64,000 nucleotides of DNA from an uncultured Chloroflexia bacterium (lineage in GTDB: Bacteria > Chloroflexota > Limnocylindria > Limnocylindrales > CSP1-4). The notes beneath the pieces were generated by a model. That model did not search any database and was not told the origin of the DNA. It saw only the letters and a program-made list of their open reading frames with translations. This document shows, piece after piece, positions 54,770 through 64,000 of the stretch. Each line of letters begins with the position of its first letter. The stretch's first letter is position 1. The stretch lies in contig CAVYBU010000017.1 in assembly GCA_963766735.1 (NCBI GenBank), positions 96,001-160,000 of the forward strand. The letters run 5' to 3'. The position numbers and the translations under genes are program-made.

Positions 54770-55018
54770 ATGACCGAAGCCACTATCCCGACCATCACCC
54801 TCACGCTGGACGCCCGCGGCAGCTTCTGCCCGGGCCCGCTGATGGAGCTCATCCGCGGCATGAAGGAGTCCGACGTGGGCGACGTGCTCGCCATCCTGTC
54901 CACGGACAAGGGCAGCAAGACAGACATCCCGAAGTGGATCGGCAAGGCCGGCCACAACCTGATCGGCGTCTTCGCCCGGGATGGTTACGACGAGATCATC
55001 GTCGAGAAGGTCCGGTAG
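54770..55018 (+). CDS. Second TusA-family sulfur carrier
   Basis: LDARGSFCPGPLMEL...DIPKW. Confidence 0.9.
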   Translation: MTEATIPTITLTLDARGSFCPGPLMELIRGMKESDVGDVLAILSTDKGSKTDIPKWIGKAGHNLIGVFARDGYDEIIVEKVR

Positions 55019-55025
55019 GCGTCCC

Positions 55026-56226
55026 ATGCAGCACGTCGTCGTGTTGGGCGGCGGCGTGGGGGGAACCCTCGCCGCCAACCTGATCGCCCGCAAGCTCAAG
55101 AAGCAGATCGCCGCCGGCGAGGCGAAGGTGACGGTCGTGGACGCGACCGGCGTCCACGCCTACCAGCCCGGCTACATGTACATCGCGATGGGCCAGGAGC
55201 GTGCCGAGAAGCTCGCTCGTCCGGAGCGGAAGCTCCTCGACGGCAACGTCGAGCTGGTCGTGGACACCATCGAGCGCATCGACCCCGCTGGCCAGTGGGT
55301 CCAGCTCGCGTCCGGCAACCGTCTCGACTACGCGCAGCTGGTGATCGCCACCGGGTCGCGGATCATGCCCCAGGAGATCGACAACTTCGACACCGAGGCG
55401 CACCACTTCTACACGGCCGAGGCTTCCGCCAAGCTCCGCAAGGCGCTCGATGCGTTCAGCGGCGGCAAGATCGTGATCGGCATCGCGGGCATTCCGTACA
55501 AGTGCCCCCCGGCGCCCCTCGAGGTCGCGTTCCTGATCGAGTCCGAGCTCCGCGACCGAGGGCTCCGTGACAAGACCGAGCTCACGTTCCTCTCGCCCAT
55601 CAACCGCGCGTTCACCATCGAGAGCGTGTCGGACATGGCCACCCCGATCTTCGAGGAGAAGGGGATCAAGCTCGAGCTCCTGGCCGGCGTGTCGCGAGAT
55701 CGACGCCGAGCGCAAGGTGGTCATCACCGATGCGTTCGAGGAGCACCCGTACGACCTGCTCATCTGCGTGCCCCCGCACAAGGGCGCCCAGGCCATCGTC
55801 GACTCCGGCCTCGCCCCGAAGTCCGGCTGGCTGCCGACCGACCGCAACACCCTGCAGGTGAAGACCGTCGCCAAGCCGGCACCCGGCCAGGCCGATGCCG
55901 ACGTCCCGCGGTTCGCGAACATCTACGCCCTCGGCGACACCACGGACCTGCCGCTGTCCAAGGCGGGCTCCACGGCCCACTTCGAGGCGCCGATCGTGGC
56001 CGAGCGTGTGGCCGCCGCCGTCCTGGGCCGCAAGCCCGAGGGCAAGCACGCCAACTACACCGGCAAGGTCATGTGCTTCTTCGAGGTCGGCGACGGGAAG
56101 GGCACGCTCCTCCAGTTCGACTACGAGCACCCGCCGAAGCCGCCCAAGCCGGGGAAGCTCTGGCACCTGGGCAAGATCGTGTTCAACAAGACCTACTGGC
56201 ACACCGTGCCCAAGGGCCGCGTCTAG
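55026..56226 (+). CDS. sqr: Sulfide:quinone oxidoreductase (type III-like) with a +1 frameshift near 55692-55695 (sequencing error or pseudogene)
   Basis: GGGVGG, YQPG, IATGS, PYKCPPAP in one frame; EIDAERK...ALGD...SKAGSTAH...VMCFFE in the next frame. Confidence 0.85.
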
Positions 56227-56255
56227 CACCCCCCGTGGGCGGTAGCATCCGCTCC

Positions 56256-57354
56256 ATGGTGGACAACCCGATCCGGTCACTCGATCCCCGCTCGCTGCTG
56301 CCGTCCGTGGCCGTGCTGGCGGGGATCGTGCTGCTTGGCGCAGCCCTGATGGTCGCCCAGGGCCTCGTTCGCGACCGTCGCCTTCGGAGCGCTCGCGGCG
56401 ATCATCTGCCGCCGGCTGCAGCTGCTCCTGCTGGGGCGTGGCCTGGGGTCGAAGTCGGCCATCACGGTGACAGTCACCGCCTTCGTCCTGGTCATCAGCT
56501 CCCTGGCCGTGGCGTTCGTGGCGTCGATGATCGCCCTGGCCTCGGAGCTCTCGGGCCAGTCCGAGGCGCTTGCCGAGCAACTGGGGGCTCTCGCCGAGAG
56601 CTTCGGACTGGCCACGGGCCTGCCGCCGGACTCCGTGCCGCAGATCGACGTATCGGTGCTGCTGGCGGCCGTCCGCTCCCTGCTGGGGCTGATTGCGCCG
56701 GCCGTGACCGGGCTGCTGATGGCTTTCCTGATCGTGACCTACCTGCTGCTCGATGCGAACAACCTGCGGGCTCGAATGCTCCGGGTCACCTCGTCCGGGA
56801 TCATTGCCCGCTACGACGCCCTGGCCGTGGAGCTGGTGGTCTACATCAAGGTGCGTGCCGTGCTGGGCGCGGCCGCCGCCGTGGCCGACGTCGTGCTCCT
56901 CCTGGTGCTCGGCGTTCCCTACGCGCTGCTCTGGGGGGTCGTCTCGTTCCTGTTCAGCTTCGTGCCGAACATCGGGTTCGTCCTCGCCCTCATTCCGCCG
57001 ACGGTTCTTGCGTTCCTCGAGGGCGGGATCGGGCCGGCCCTGGCCGTGGTCGTGGGGTATACGGTGATCAACCTCGCGTTCGACTACGTGCTGCAGCCGC
57101 GGATGATGTCGACGGAGCTGGAGATCAGCCCGGTCGTCGTGATCGTGTCCATCCTGTTCTGGACGTTCGTGATCGGCGCCATGGGCGCACTCCTGGCGGT
57201 GCCGCTGACGATCGCGTTGCGCGCGGTGCTGCTGCCGTATCCGGGGGCGCGCTGGTTCGTGGCCCTGCTGGGCCCCGTACCGGATGAGGCGGCTGAGCCG
57301 GCCGGGTCCGTCCCGGACACAGCCGAGCCCGTCGCGGAGGCCGAACCCGGATGA
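56256..57354 (+). CDS. AI-2E (PerM) family transporter with a +1 frameshift near 56369
   Basis: First TM in one frame, then ATVAFGALAAII...SFVPNIG...LQPR...ISP...GALLAVPL in the next frame. Confidence 0.8.
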
Positions 57355-58691
57355 CCGGGCGCGTCTTCCGCCGGTCAACCTCGCCCGACCCGCCCGTCGC
57401 GGTCTCGGCGCACGGCTCCACCATCGTGGACGCCGACGGGCGCGAGTACCTGGACGCCGCGGGCGGCGCCATCGTCGTCAACGTGGGTCACGGGCGCCGG
57501 GAGATCGCGGATGCCATCGCGGAGCAGGCCGCCCGCCTCTCGTACGCGCACGGGTCCGCGTTCACGACCGAGCCGCTCGAGCAGTATGCCGCGGAGGTGG
57601 GCGCTCACCTGCCCGTGGCCGATCCTGCGATCTACCCGGTGTCGGGCGGGTCCGAGGCGGTCGAGACGGCGCTCAAGCTGGCTCGTGCCGTGCAGATCGC
57701 CCGCGGCGAGACAGATCGCTGGGTGGTGTTCTCGCGCTGGAGCAGCTACCACGGCAACACGCTGGGGGCGCTCGACCTGTCGGGGCGCAAGCCGCTCCGC
57801 CGCCCGTACGAGGGCTGGCTCGGGCGGTTCCGGCACGTGAGCGCGGCCTACCCGTACCGCGGCGGGGAGCCCGGTGCCCATGCCCTCGGGAGTTCGGCAG
57901 AGCTTGCCGATGAGCTGGACCGCGCGATCACGACCGCCGGGCCCGGCACCGTGGCGGCCTTCGTCGGCGAGCCGATCGTCGGGGCGACGCTGGGTGCCGT
58001 CGAGCCGCCCGCCGGGTACTGGCCGGCGATCGCGGAGGTCTGCCGGCGTCACGGCGTTCTCCTGATCGCGGACGAGGTCATGACCGGGTTCGGGCGCACG
58101 GGAACCTGGTTCGGGATGGACCACTACGGCGTGCAGCCAGACCTGCTGGTTGCCGCCAAGGGCGCCACGTCCGGTTACTGGCCCTTCGGGTTCGTGGCGG
58201 CGGCGGGAGCGCTGGTGGACGAGGTGACGGCGGCCGGTGCCTTCGTCCACGGGTTCACCTACTCGCACCAGCCCGGGGCGGCGGCGGTCGCGCGGGAGGT
58301 GTTGCGGATCCTGGAGGCGGAGTCGCTGGTGGATGCGTCTGCCGTGAAGGGGGAAAGGCTCAAGGCGCTGCTGGTGGACCGGCTTGGCGATCATCCGGCC
58401 GTGGGCGACATCCGCGGGCGCGGGCTGATGGTCGGCGTGGAGCTCGTCCGCGACCGGGAGACGCGTGAGGCCTATCCGCGGGCGGCCAGGCTGGTCGAGG
58501 CCGTGCTGCGGATCGCGCGCGGGCGCGGCCTGCTGCTCTACTCGGGGACCGGCAACGCCAACGGGGTGGATGGTGACATCGTCCTGATGGGACCGCCGTT
58601 CGTGATCACGGACGCTGAGCTGGAGCGGGTCGCCGACGGGCTGCGTGAGGCGCTGGACCTGGCGCTCGGAGAGATCGCCGGCCACCGGTAG
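57351..58691 (+). CDS. Class III PLP aminotransferase (BioA-like subfamily)
   Basis: SGGSEAVETALK, SYHGNT, DEVMTGFGRTG, AAKG, HGFTYS. Confidence 0.92.
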   Translation: MTGRVFRRSTSPDPPVAVSAHGSTIVDADGREYLDAAGGAIVVNVGHGRREIADAIAEQAARLSYAHGSAFTTEPLEQYAAEVGAHLPVADPAIYPVSGGSEAVETALKLARAVQIARGETDRWVVFSRWSSYHGNTLGALDLSGRKPLRRPYEGWLGRFRHVSAAYPYRGGEPGAHALGSSAELADELDRAITTAGPGTVAAFVGEPIVGATLGAVEPPAGYWPAIAEVCRRHGVLLIADEVMTGFGRTGTWFGMDHYGVQPDLLVAAKGATSGYWPFGFVAAAGALVDEVTAAGAFVHGFTYSHQPGAAAVAREVLRILEAESLVDASAVKGERLKALLVDRLGDHPAVGDIRGRGLMVGVELVRDRETREAYPRAARLVEAVLRIARGRGLLLYSGTGNANGVDGDIVLMGPPFVITDAELERVADGLREALDLALGEIAGHR

Positions 58692-58750
58692 GTCCAATCG
58701 CGCCTCATGTGCGGGGGGCGATCTCCTGCGGCGGGTCGCAGAGTCGCGAC

Positions 58751-59314
58751 CTAGGGTCGGCGACGCCGCGAGGAGGCGCGCACCAGCACGATCGCCCCCA
58801 GCGCAATCAGGACGGCCGGCCAGACGAGAGCCGAGAAGGTCGGCAGCATCAGGCTCGAGGCGCCGATGACGGAGAGGATTGCGCCCAGTCCCGCCTGCCA
58901 GCCCCAGCCCCCATCGCTCGATGAGCGGACCAGCGCGATGAACAGGAACGCGACGCCCAGGCACAACGTTCCGACGCCCGCTCCCTCGATCAACCCGGCC
59001 GCCGCGAGCAGGCCGGGCGCGGCGAGGGCCGTGATGATCGAGCCGAGGTAGAGCGCCACGACGCTGCGGTTGACGAGCCACGACACGAGGAAGGCGACGC
59101 CGGCGGCCAGGAAGAGGAGTGAACCGGCGGTCTCGAGGGACGGGAACATCGCGCGGAGCAGGAGCAGCGCCCCGAGCACCACGAGGAAGATGCCGAACCA
59201 CGGCAGCCGGGACTTGCCACGCCGTCCGCCAGCATCGGTCCAGTCCCAGCCGTAGACCCTGACCCCATTCTCGATGACCTCGCCCTGCAGGGGCTCGGTC
59301 CGTCGCTCGTCCAT
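58751..59314 (-). CDS. Hypothetical multi-TM membrane protein (LiaI/LiaF-TM-like)
   Basis: About six hydrophobic segments; WFGIFLVVLG...WPAVLIALG; GGAGG RBS. Confidence 0.75.
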   Translation of the reverse strand: MDERRTEPLQGEVIENGVRVYGWDWTDAGGRRGKSRLPWFGIFLVVLGALLLLRAMFPSLETAGSLLFLAAGVAFLVSWLVNRSVVALYLGSIITALAAPGLLAAAGLIEGAGVGTLCLGVAFLFIALVRSSSDGGWGWQAGLGAILSVIGASSLMLPTFSALVWPAVLIALGAIVLVRASSRRRRP

Positions 59315-59472
59315 CTGGTCCTCCGGAGCTCGCTGGGGTGAGGGTAGCGCGCTGGCGGCCCGCGGGCACGCGATCGTCGACCGGGGACGCGCCGCGACGG
59401 GGTGCGCGGAGGCTCGCGATCATGCGCGACAACGGGGTGCGCGGGGCCATGCCGCGGGACTACGATCTTGGT

Positions 59473-60411
59473 ATGCCGCACGTCATGACCGTCCTCGGCC
59501 CCGTCGAGCCTTCGGCCCTCGGGTTCACGCTGCCCCACGAGCACACCCAGTGCGCTCTCTGGCACATCCAGGATCGCTGGGACTACTGGGAGCTCACCCG
59601 CGATGAGCCGGTGATCCTCGAGGAGCTCCGCCTGTTCAAGGAAGCCGGTGGCACGGCGATGGCCGACCTCACGCTGCCCGGCATCGGGCGCGACCCGGCA
59701 TGGCTGCGGCACATCTCGGAGCAGAGCGGCATCCACATCGTCATGGGCGGTGGCTGGTACCGGACCGCCTACTACCCGGTGGAGACGCTCATCGAGAAAC
59801 GATCAGCGGACTCCCTGGCGGAGGAGCTGGTCCACGATGCCACCGTCGGGGTGGGGGAGACCGGGATCCGGATCGGGGTCCTGGGCGAGATCGGCACGGA
59901 CAAGCCGTGGGTCTCACCGGCCGAGGAGCGGGTCTTCCGAGCCGTCGCGCGGGCATCGAGGCGGACGGGGCTGGCCATCTCCACGCACGCCATCCTGTCG
60001 GACGTGGGCGCGGCCCAGCTCGCGATTCTCGAGGAGGAGGGGGTGGACCCGGGCCGGGTCGTCATCGGGCACGCGGACAGCTACCCGATCCTGGACCACT
60101 ATCTGTCGTTGATCAACCGCGGCGCCTCGATCGAGTTCGACTTCCTCGGCATGTCGTTCACGCCGATGGAGAAGTACGGCGAGGGACGGACGATCGAGCT
60201 GGTGCTGGAGCTGCTGCACCGCGGGCACGTGGACAGGTTGCTCTTGAGCCAGGACGTCTGTCACAACAGCCAGCTCCGCCACTACCAGGGGAACGGCTAC
60301 ACCTATCTGCACGATACGTTCCTGCCGCGGCTGCTGGAGGCCGGGGTGTCCCAGGAGGAGATCGACTGCCTGACGGTCGAGAACCCGCGCCGGATCCTGA
60401 CGATCGGGTAG
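59473..60411 (+). CDS. Phosphotriesterase-homology (PHP) amidohydrolase
   Basis: MTVLGP, PHEH, GEIG (Glu bridging type), STH, IGH, SQD, NPRR. Confidence 0.9.
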   Translation: MPHVMTVLGPVEPSALGFTLPHEHTQCALWHIQDRWDYWELTRDEPVILEELRLFKEAGGTAMADLTLPGIGRDPAWLRHISEQSGIHIVMGGGWYRTAYYPVETLIEKRSADSLAEELVHDATVGVGETGIRIGVLGEIGTDKPWVSPAEERVFRAVARASRRTGLAISTHAILSDVGAAQLAILEEEGVDPGRVVIGHADSYPILDHYLSLINRGASIEFDFLGMSFTPMEKYGEGRTIELVLELLHRGHVDRLLLSQDVCHNSQLRHYQGNGYTYLHDTFLPRLLEAGVSQEEIDCLTVENPRRILTIG

Positions 60412-60560
60412 CGAATGCCTGGCTGCGTGGCCTTGCGCGCCAGGCGTGGACGCGCCGCACTCGAGCTCGCGCGTGACCGGGATCCGCGGTGAGCCCACGG
60501 AATCGAGACGCCGGCCGTCCGTGAGGGCGACCGGCGTTGGGCGTGAGGCGAACCCGGAGA

Positions 60561-61001
60561 TCAGGCGAGCGTCGCCACCACGGACAGCTCCACGTTCCCC
60601 TTGAGGGCCTGCGAGACGGGGCAGCCGTCCTTGGCGCCATCCGCGAGCTCCGCGAACTTGGCCTGGTCCAGACCCGGGACCACGCCCGAGACCGTGAGGT
60701 CGCTCTTCGTGATTTTCCAGCCCGCGTCCGTCTTGTCGAACGTCACGACGGCCTTGACATCCAGCCTGGTGGCCGGGGTGCCGTTGCGGGCGAGCGCGCC
60801 CGAGAACGCCATCGAGAAGCAGGACGAGTGTGCGGACGCGATGAGCTCTTCCGGGCTGGTGCGGCCGTCGTGTGCCTCGGTCCGCGAGGCCCAGGTGACC
60901 GGGAGTCGGGTGAACGAGCCCGACGAGACGTAGTTGATCGACCCGGAGCCGGTCATGAGATCGCCGTTCCAGACGGTCTCGGCGAAGCGGGTGATGGCCA
61001 T
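60561..61001 (-). CDS. osmC: OsmC peroxiredoxin
   Basis: WNGDLMTGSG, TSPEELIASAHSSCFSMA, CPVSQAL. Confidence 0.93.
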   Translation of the reverse strand: MAITRFAETVWNGDLMTGSGSINYVSSGSFTRLPVTWASRTEAHDGRTSPEELIASAHSSCFSMAFSGALARNGTPATRLDVKAVVTFDKTDAGWKITKSDLTVSGVVPGLDQAKFAELADGAKDGCPVSQALKGNVELSVVATLA

Positions 61002-61201
61002 GTGCGGATCCTCCTTGGGCAGCGGTGGGGCCAATAGGGTGCCACGGGTCGCGAGCGGACGCCCGAGGATGCCTTCCGAGCCCCTGGGCAACTGGCGGAC
61101 CAGCGCCCTGGGCGGCCGGAGCGGATGCAGCTCACCCCGCCTCGGCGGAGCCGGGCGGGGTGAGGGCGAGGAACAGTTGAGGCCGCTGATCCGGCCCGGT
61201 A

Positions 61202-64000
61202 TCAGCCCCCCGTTGGGGCCGTCTCCGCCGCCACGGTCGCGTCGGATCCGGCGGCACGGCCGGCGAGACGCCTGGACAGCCCGGTCTTCCCGCTGTCCAC
61301 CAGCGAGTAGATCACCGGGATGACGAGCAGGGTGAGGAACGTCGAGCTGAACAGGCCGCCGATGACGACCGTGCCGAGTTCCGACGCGATGATCGAGCCG
61401 TTGTTGAACCCGGCCGCGAGCGGGATCAGCGCCAGGATCGTCGCGATCGCCGTCATCAGGATCGGCCGCACTCGGGTGCGGCCGCCCTCGATCAGGGCGG
61501 CCCTTGTGGCCATGCCCTGCGACCGCAACCGTTCGACGAGGTCGAGGAGCACGATCGCGTTCGTGACCACGATCCCGATCAGCATCAGGAAGCCGATCAG
61601 GGCGCTGACGCCGAGCGGCCGCCCGGTGAAGTACAGCGCCGGGAGGGCGCCGATCGTCGCGAGAGGGAGGCTGAACAGGATGATGAACGGGGTGATCAGC
61701 GAGTTGAACGTCAGCACCATCGCCAGGTAGACGACCAGCACGGCCACGCCCATCGAGACGAACAGGCCGCCGAAGGCCTCGTTCTGCTGCTGGGTGACGC
61801 CGGCGAGCCGCACGTCCACGCCGTCGGGGATGGACCCGTCCGCCACGAGGGCGTCGATCTCCAGCTGGACGTCGGCGCTGACCTGTCCCGTGTCGACGGA
61901 CGCGATCTCGGCGGAGATCGAGGCCGCGGGCGACTGGTCGATCCGCGTGATGGACCCCTGGGTGCTGACCTCCTCCACGGTGGCAACCGTCTCGAGGGGC
62001 GCCTTGACGACGGTCCCGACCGGGAGCTGGCGCAGATCAGCGACGGACGTCACGCTCTCGGGGTCGGCCCGGACGAAGACCTCTACGGCGTCGCCGGCCT
62101 CGCCGATCACGATCCGGGTGGCCGTGGTCCCGACCAGCGCTGCCCGGACCTCCTGGGCGACCTGCGCCGCCGTCAGCCCGACCGCGATCGCCTTGTTCGG
62201 GTCCGGCACGACCTGGATCTCGGGAGTGCCCTTGGACAGATCGGACTTGAGGTTGAGCAGGTCGCTGTTGTCGGACAGCGCCTCGACAACGGCGTCGTTG
62301 GCCACCGCGACGTCCGCCGCGAGCTCGCCGGAGACGACGACGTTGAGGTTGTTCGAGGTGAAGCCGGCGGCCTGCGAGACGGCGACGTCGTAGCCGTCCG
62401 TCTTCACCGGTGCCAGGGATTCCGAGAGGACCTGGGCGTACTCCGTCAGGTCGACGGATTCGTTCAGGACGACCGTGATCCGGGCGCTGTTGGCCGGCCG
62501 CCCGCTCTGGGCGGCGACGATCGTCTGGAACCCGGCTTCGCCCTCTCCCGGGATGGAGGTCTGGACGAGCTCGACGTTGGGATCCGCGATCAGGATCTCC
62601 TCGGCCTTGATGGTCTGCTCCAGGACCGCCGCCGTGCTGGTGCCGGCGGGCGGCGCGACAGTGACCTGGAGGATCTTCTCCGAGCCCGCGTTGATGAACG
62701 CCGTCGGCAGGAGCGGTGCCAGCGCCATGGTGGCCATGAACAGGACGAGCGAGACGCCGAGCACGCTGAGCTTGGTCACGCGGCTGCGCAGCGCAAATGT
62801 GATCGACGGCGTGTAGGCCTTGATCCAGAGTGAGTTCTTCGGCTCGCCGTCCTCGTCCACGTTCAGCTTGACCTTGTCGATCAGCAGGTACGCCAGCACC
62901 GGCACGACCGTCAGCGCGACCACCAGCGAGGCGAGGAGCGCGAACGTGACCGTGAGGGCGAACGGGAGGAAGAACTCGGACACGAGGCCGCCGACGAAGC
63001 CGAGCGGCAGGAACACGCCGACCGTCGTGACGGTTGCGGCCGTGATGGCGCCCGCGACCTCCTTCGGCCCCTGGATGGCGGCGGTCAGCCGGTCCTCGCC
63101 GAGGGCGCGGTGACGGTAGATGTTCTCGAGGACGACGATGGCATCGTCCACGACGCGTCCGACGGCGACGGCGAGGCCGCCAAGGGTCATGATGTTGATG
63201 GTGACGCCGGTCGCCTGCATGATCACGAGCGCGGCAAGGATCGACAGCGGGATGCTGACCGCGGCGACGATCGTGGAGCGGATGCTGAACAGGAACAGGA
63301 AGATGGTCAGGACGGCGAAGAGGGCGCCGAGGCCACCCTCCTTGACCAGGCCGTCGCGGGATTCCTCGATGAACGTGGACAGGTCCGAGACGACCGTGAT
63401 GTCGATGCTCTCCGAGTACTGCTGCTCGAGCTCCTCGAGCGTGGCGGTGACCTCCTCGGCCACCGAGACCGTGTTGGCGTCCGACGTCTTCGAGACGGAC
63501 AGCGAGAGGGCAGGCTGGCCGCCGGTCCGGGCATAGCCCGTCGTCGCGACGCCCTTCAGCTCGACGGTGCCGAGGTCGCCGATGGTGACCATCTTCGGCG
63601 GGGCCGGCGTGGCGACCGGAGCGACGGAGGCGTTCGGGTCGGCCGAGGCAGCGGGCTGTCCGGGGGCACCGGGCTGTCCTGGGGCACCGGGCTGTCCTGG
63701 GGCACCCGCCGCGGGGGCAACCCCGACCACCATGTTCTCGATCTCCTCGACGCCGCCGATGCGGCCGATCGTGGAGACCGGGATCTTCTCGGTGTCGGTC
63801 GTGATCTGGCCGGCCGGGAAGGTCAGGTTGTTGGCAGCGAGCAGACCCGTGACCTGCCCGATCGAGACCCCGTTGGCCGTGAGCTTCTCCGGGTCGAGGG
63901 TGATGAGGATCTGCTGCTCCTCACCGCCGGTGATGTCGACGCTGCCGACGCCCTCGATCCCGAGGAGTGCGGGCTCGATCTCGGTCTTGGCGATCAGGTC
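61202..64000 (-). CDS. RND efflux permease (SwrC/AcrB family); 5' end lies outside the window
   Basis: GRVVDDAIVVLEN, VFLPL, GIVVTNAIVL, RVRPILMTA, VIGGL. The frame stays open from 63733 to the window edge. Confidence 0.93.
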   Translation of the reverse strand, partial: DLIAKTEIEPALLGIEGVGSVDITGGEEQQILITLDPEKLTANGVSIGQVTGLLAANNLTFPAGQITTDTEKIPVSTIGRIGGVEEIENMVVGVAPAAGAPGQPGAPGQPGAPGQPAASADPNASVAPVATPAPPKMVTIGDLGTVELKGVATTGYARTGGQPALSLSVSKTSDANTVSVAEEVTATLEELEQQYSESIDITVVSDLSTFIEESRDGLVKEGGLGALFAVLTIFLFLFSIRSTIVAAVSIPLSILAALVIMQATGVTINIMTLGGLAVAVGRVVDDAIVVLENIYRHRALGEDRLTAAIQGPKEVAGAITAATVTTVGVFLPLGFVGGLVSEFFLPFALTVTFALLASLVVALTVVPVLAYLLIDKVKLNVDEDGEPKNSLWIKAYTPSITFALRSRVTKLSVLGVSLVLFMATMALAPLLPTAFINAGSEKILQVTVAPPAGTSTAAVLEQTIKAEEILIADPNVELVQTSIPGEGEAGFQTIVAAQSGRPANSARITVVLNESVDLTEYAQVLSESLAPVKTDGYDVAVSQAAGFTSNNLNVVVSGELAADVAVANDAVVEALSDNSDLLNLKSDLSKGTPEIQVVPDPNKAIAVGLTAAQVAQEVRAALVGTTATRIVIGEAGDAVEVFVRADPESVTSVADLRQLPVGTVVKAPLETVATVEEVSTQGSITRIDQSPAASISAEIASVDTGQVSADVQLEIDALVADGSIPDGVDVRLAGVTQQQNEAFGGLFVSMGVAVLVVYLAMVLTFNSLITPFIILFSLPLATIGALPALYFTGRPLGVSALIGFLMLIGIVVTNAIVLLDLVERLRSQGMATRAALIEGGRTRVRPILMTAIATILALIPLAAGFNNGSIIASELGTVVIGGLFSSTFLTLLVIPVIYSLVDSGKTGLSRRLAGRAAGSDATVAAETAPTGG
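63652..63708 (-). repeat. About three 18-bp coding repeats (GAPGQP) inside the RND periplasmic region
   Basis: GGGCTGTCC(G/T)GGGGCACC units encode APGQPGAPGQPGAPGQP. Confidence 0.8.

Noticed and set aside
54981-57287. 768-aa apparent SQR-membrane fusion
   Set aside because: Artefact of two frameshifts; the middle and end are off-frame readings of sqr and the AI-2E gene.
2845-59450. Many long alternative-frame ORFs (e.g. 2845..4221, 16958..19189, 20227..22059, 27933..29522, 38007..40067, 39593..41866, 57375..59450)
   Set aside because: Arg/Pro/Gly-rich or antisense shadows of well-supported genes; expected at this GC content because stop codons are rare.

Overview
High-GC (about 70% by eye) bacterial chromosome segment, densely coding. 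Gene content and style suggest Chloroflexota or Actinomycetota (inference only). Left part: an alpha-glucan/glycogen cluster (glgE, GH57, glgP, glgA, GlgM-type synthase) with a PlmA-like GntR gene, an unannotated 46-aa membrane peptide and a 6C-RNA-like double hairpin. A tRNA-Gly(TCC) and two decayed copies bracket an ABC-2 exporter. Next come a secreted CxxCH protein carried on 31 TAAP repeats with a PPTDT/TM/RRRR anchor, an orphan CpaF/TadA ATPase fused to a RidA-fold domain, a Fur-controlled Ni/Co ECF transporter, fabI, a tungsten-type AOR with MoaD, and amine-catabolism genes. Right part: a roughly 23-kb region built around a DosS/DosR-like pair. It holds a USP, a two-domain multicopper oxidase, a COG2403 synthetase, a group 3b [NiFe]-hydrogenase with fused beta-gamma subunits, a VOR-type 2-oxoacid oxidoreductase, an eRF1-like/YbaK pair and an ArsR-DsrE-TusA-DsrE-TusA-SQR sulfur module; two +1 frameshifts occur here. 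The window ends with an aminotransferase, a PTE-like hydrolase, osmC and a partial RND pump. No integrase, transposase, CRISPR array or rRNA was seen. All calls come from motif recognition by eye, with no database searches.
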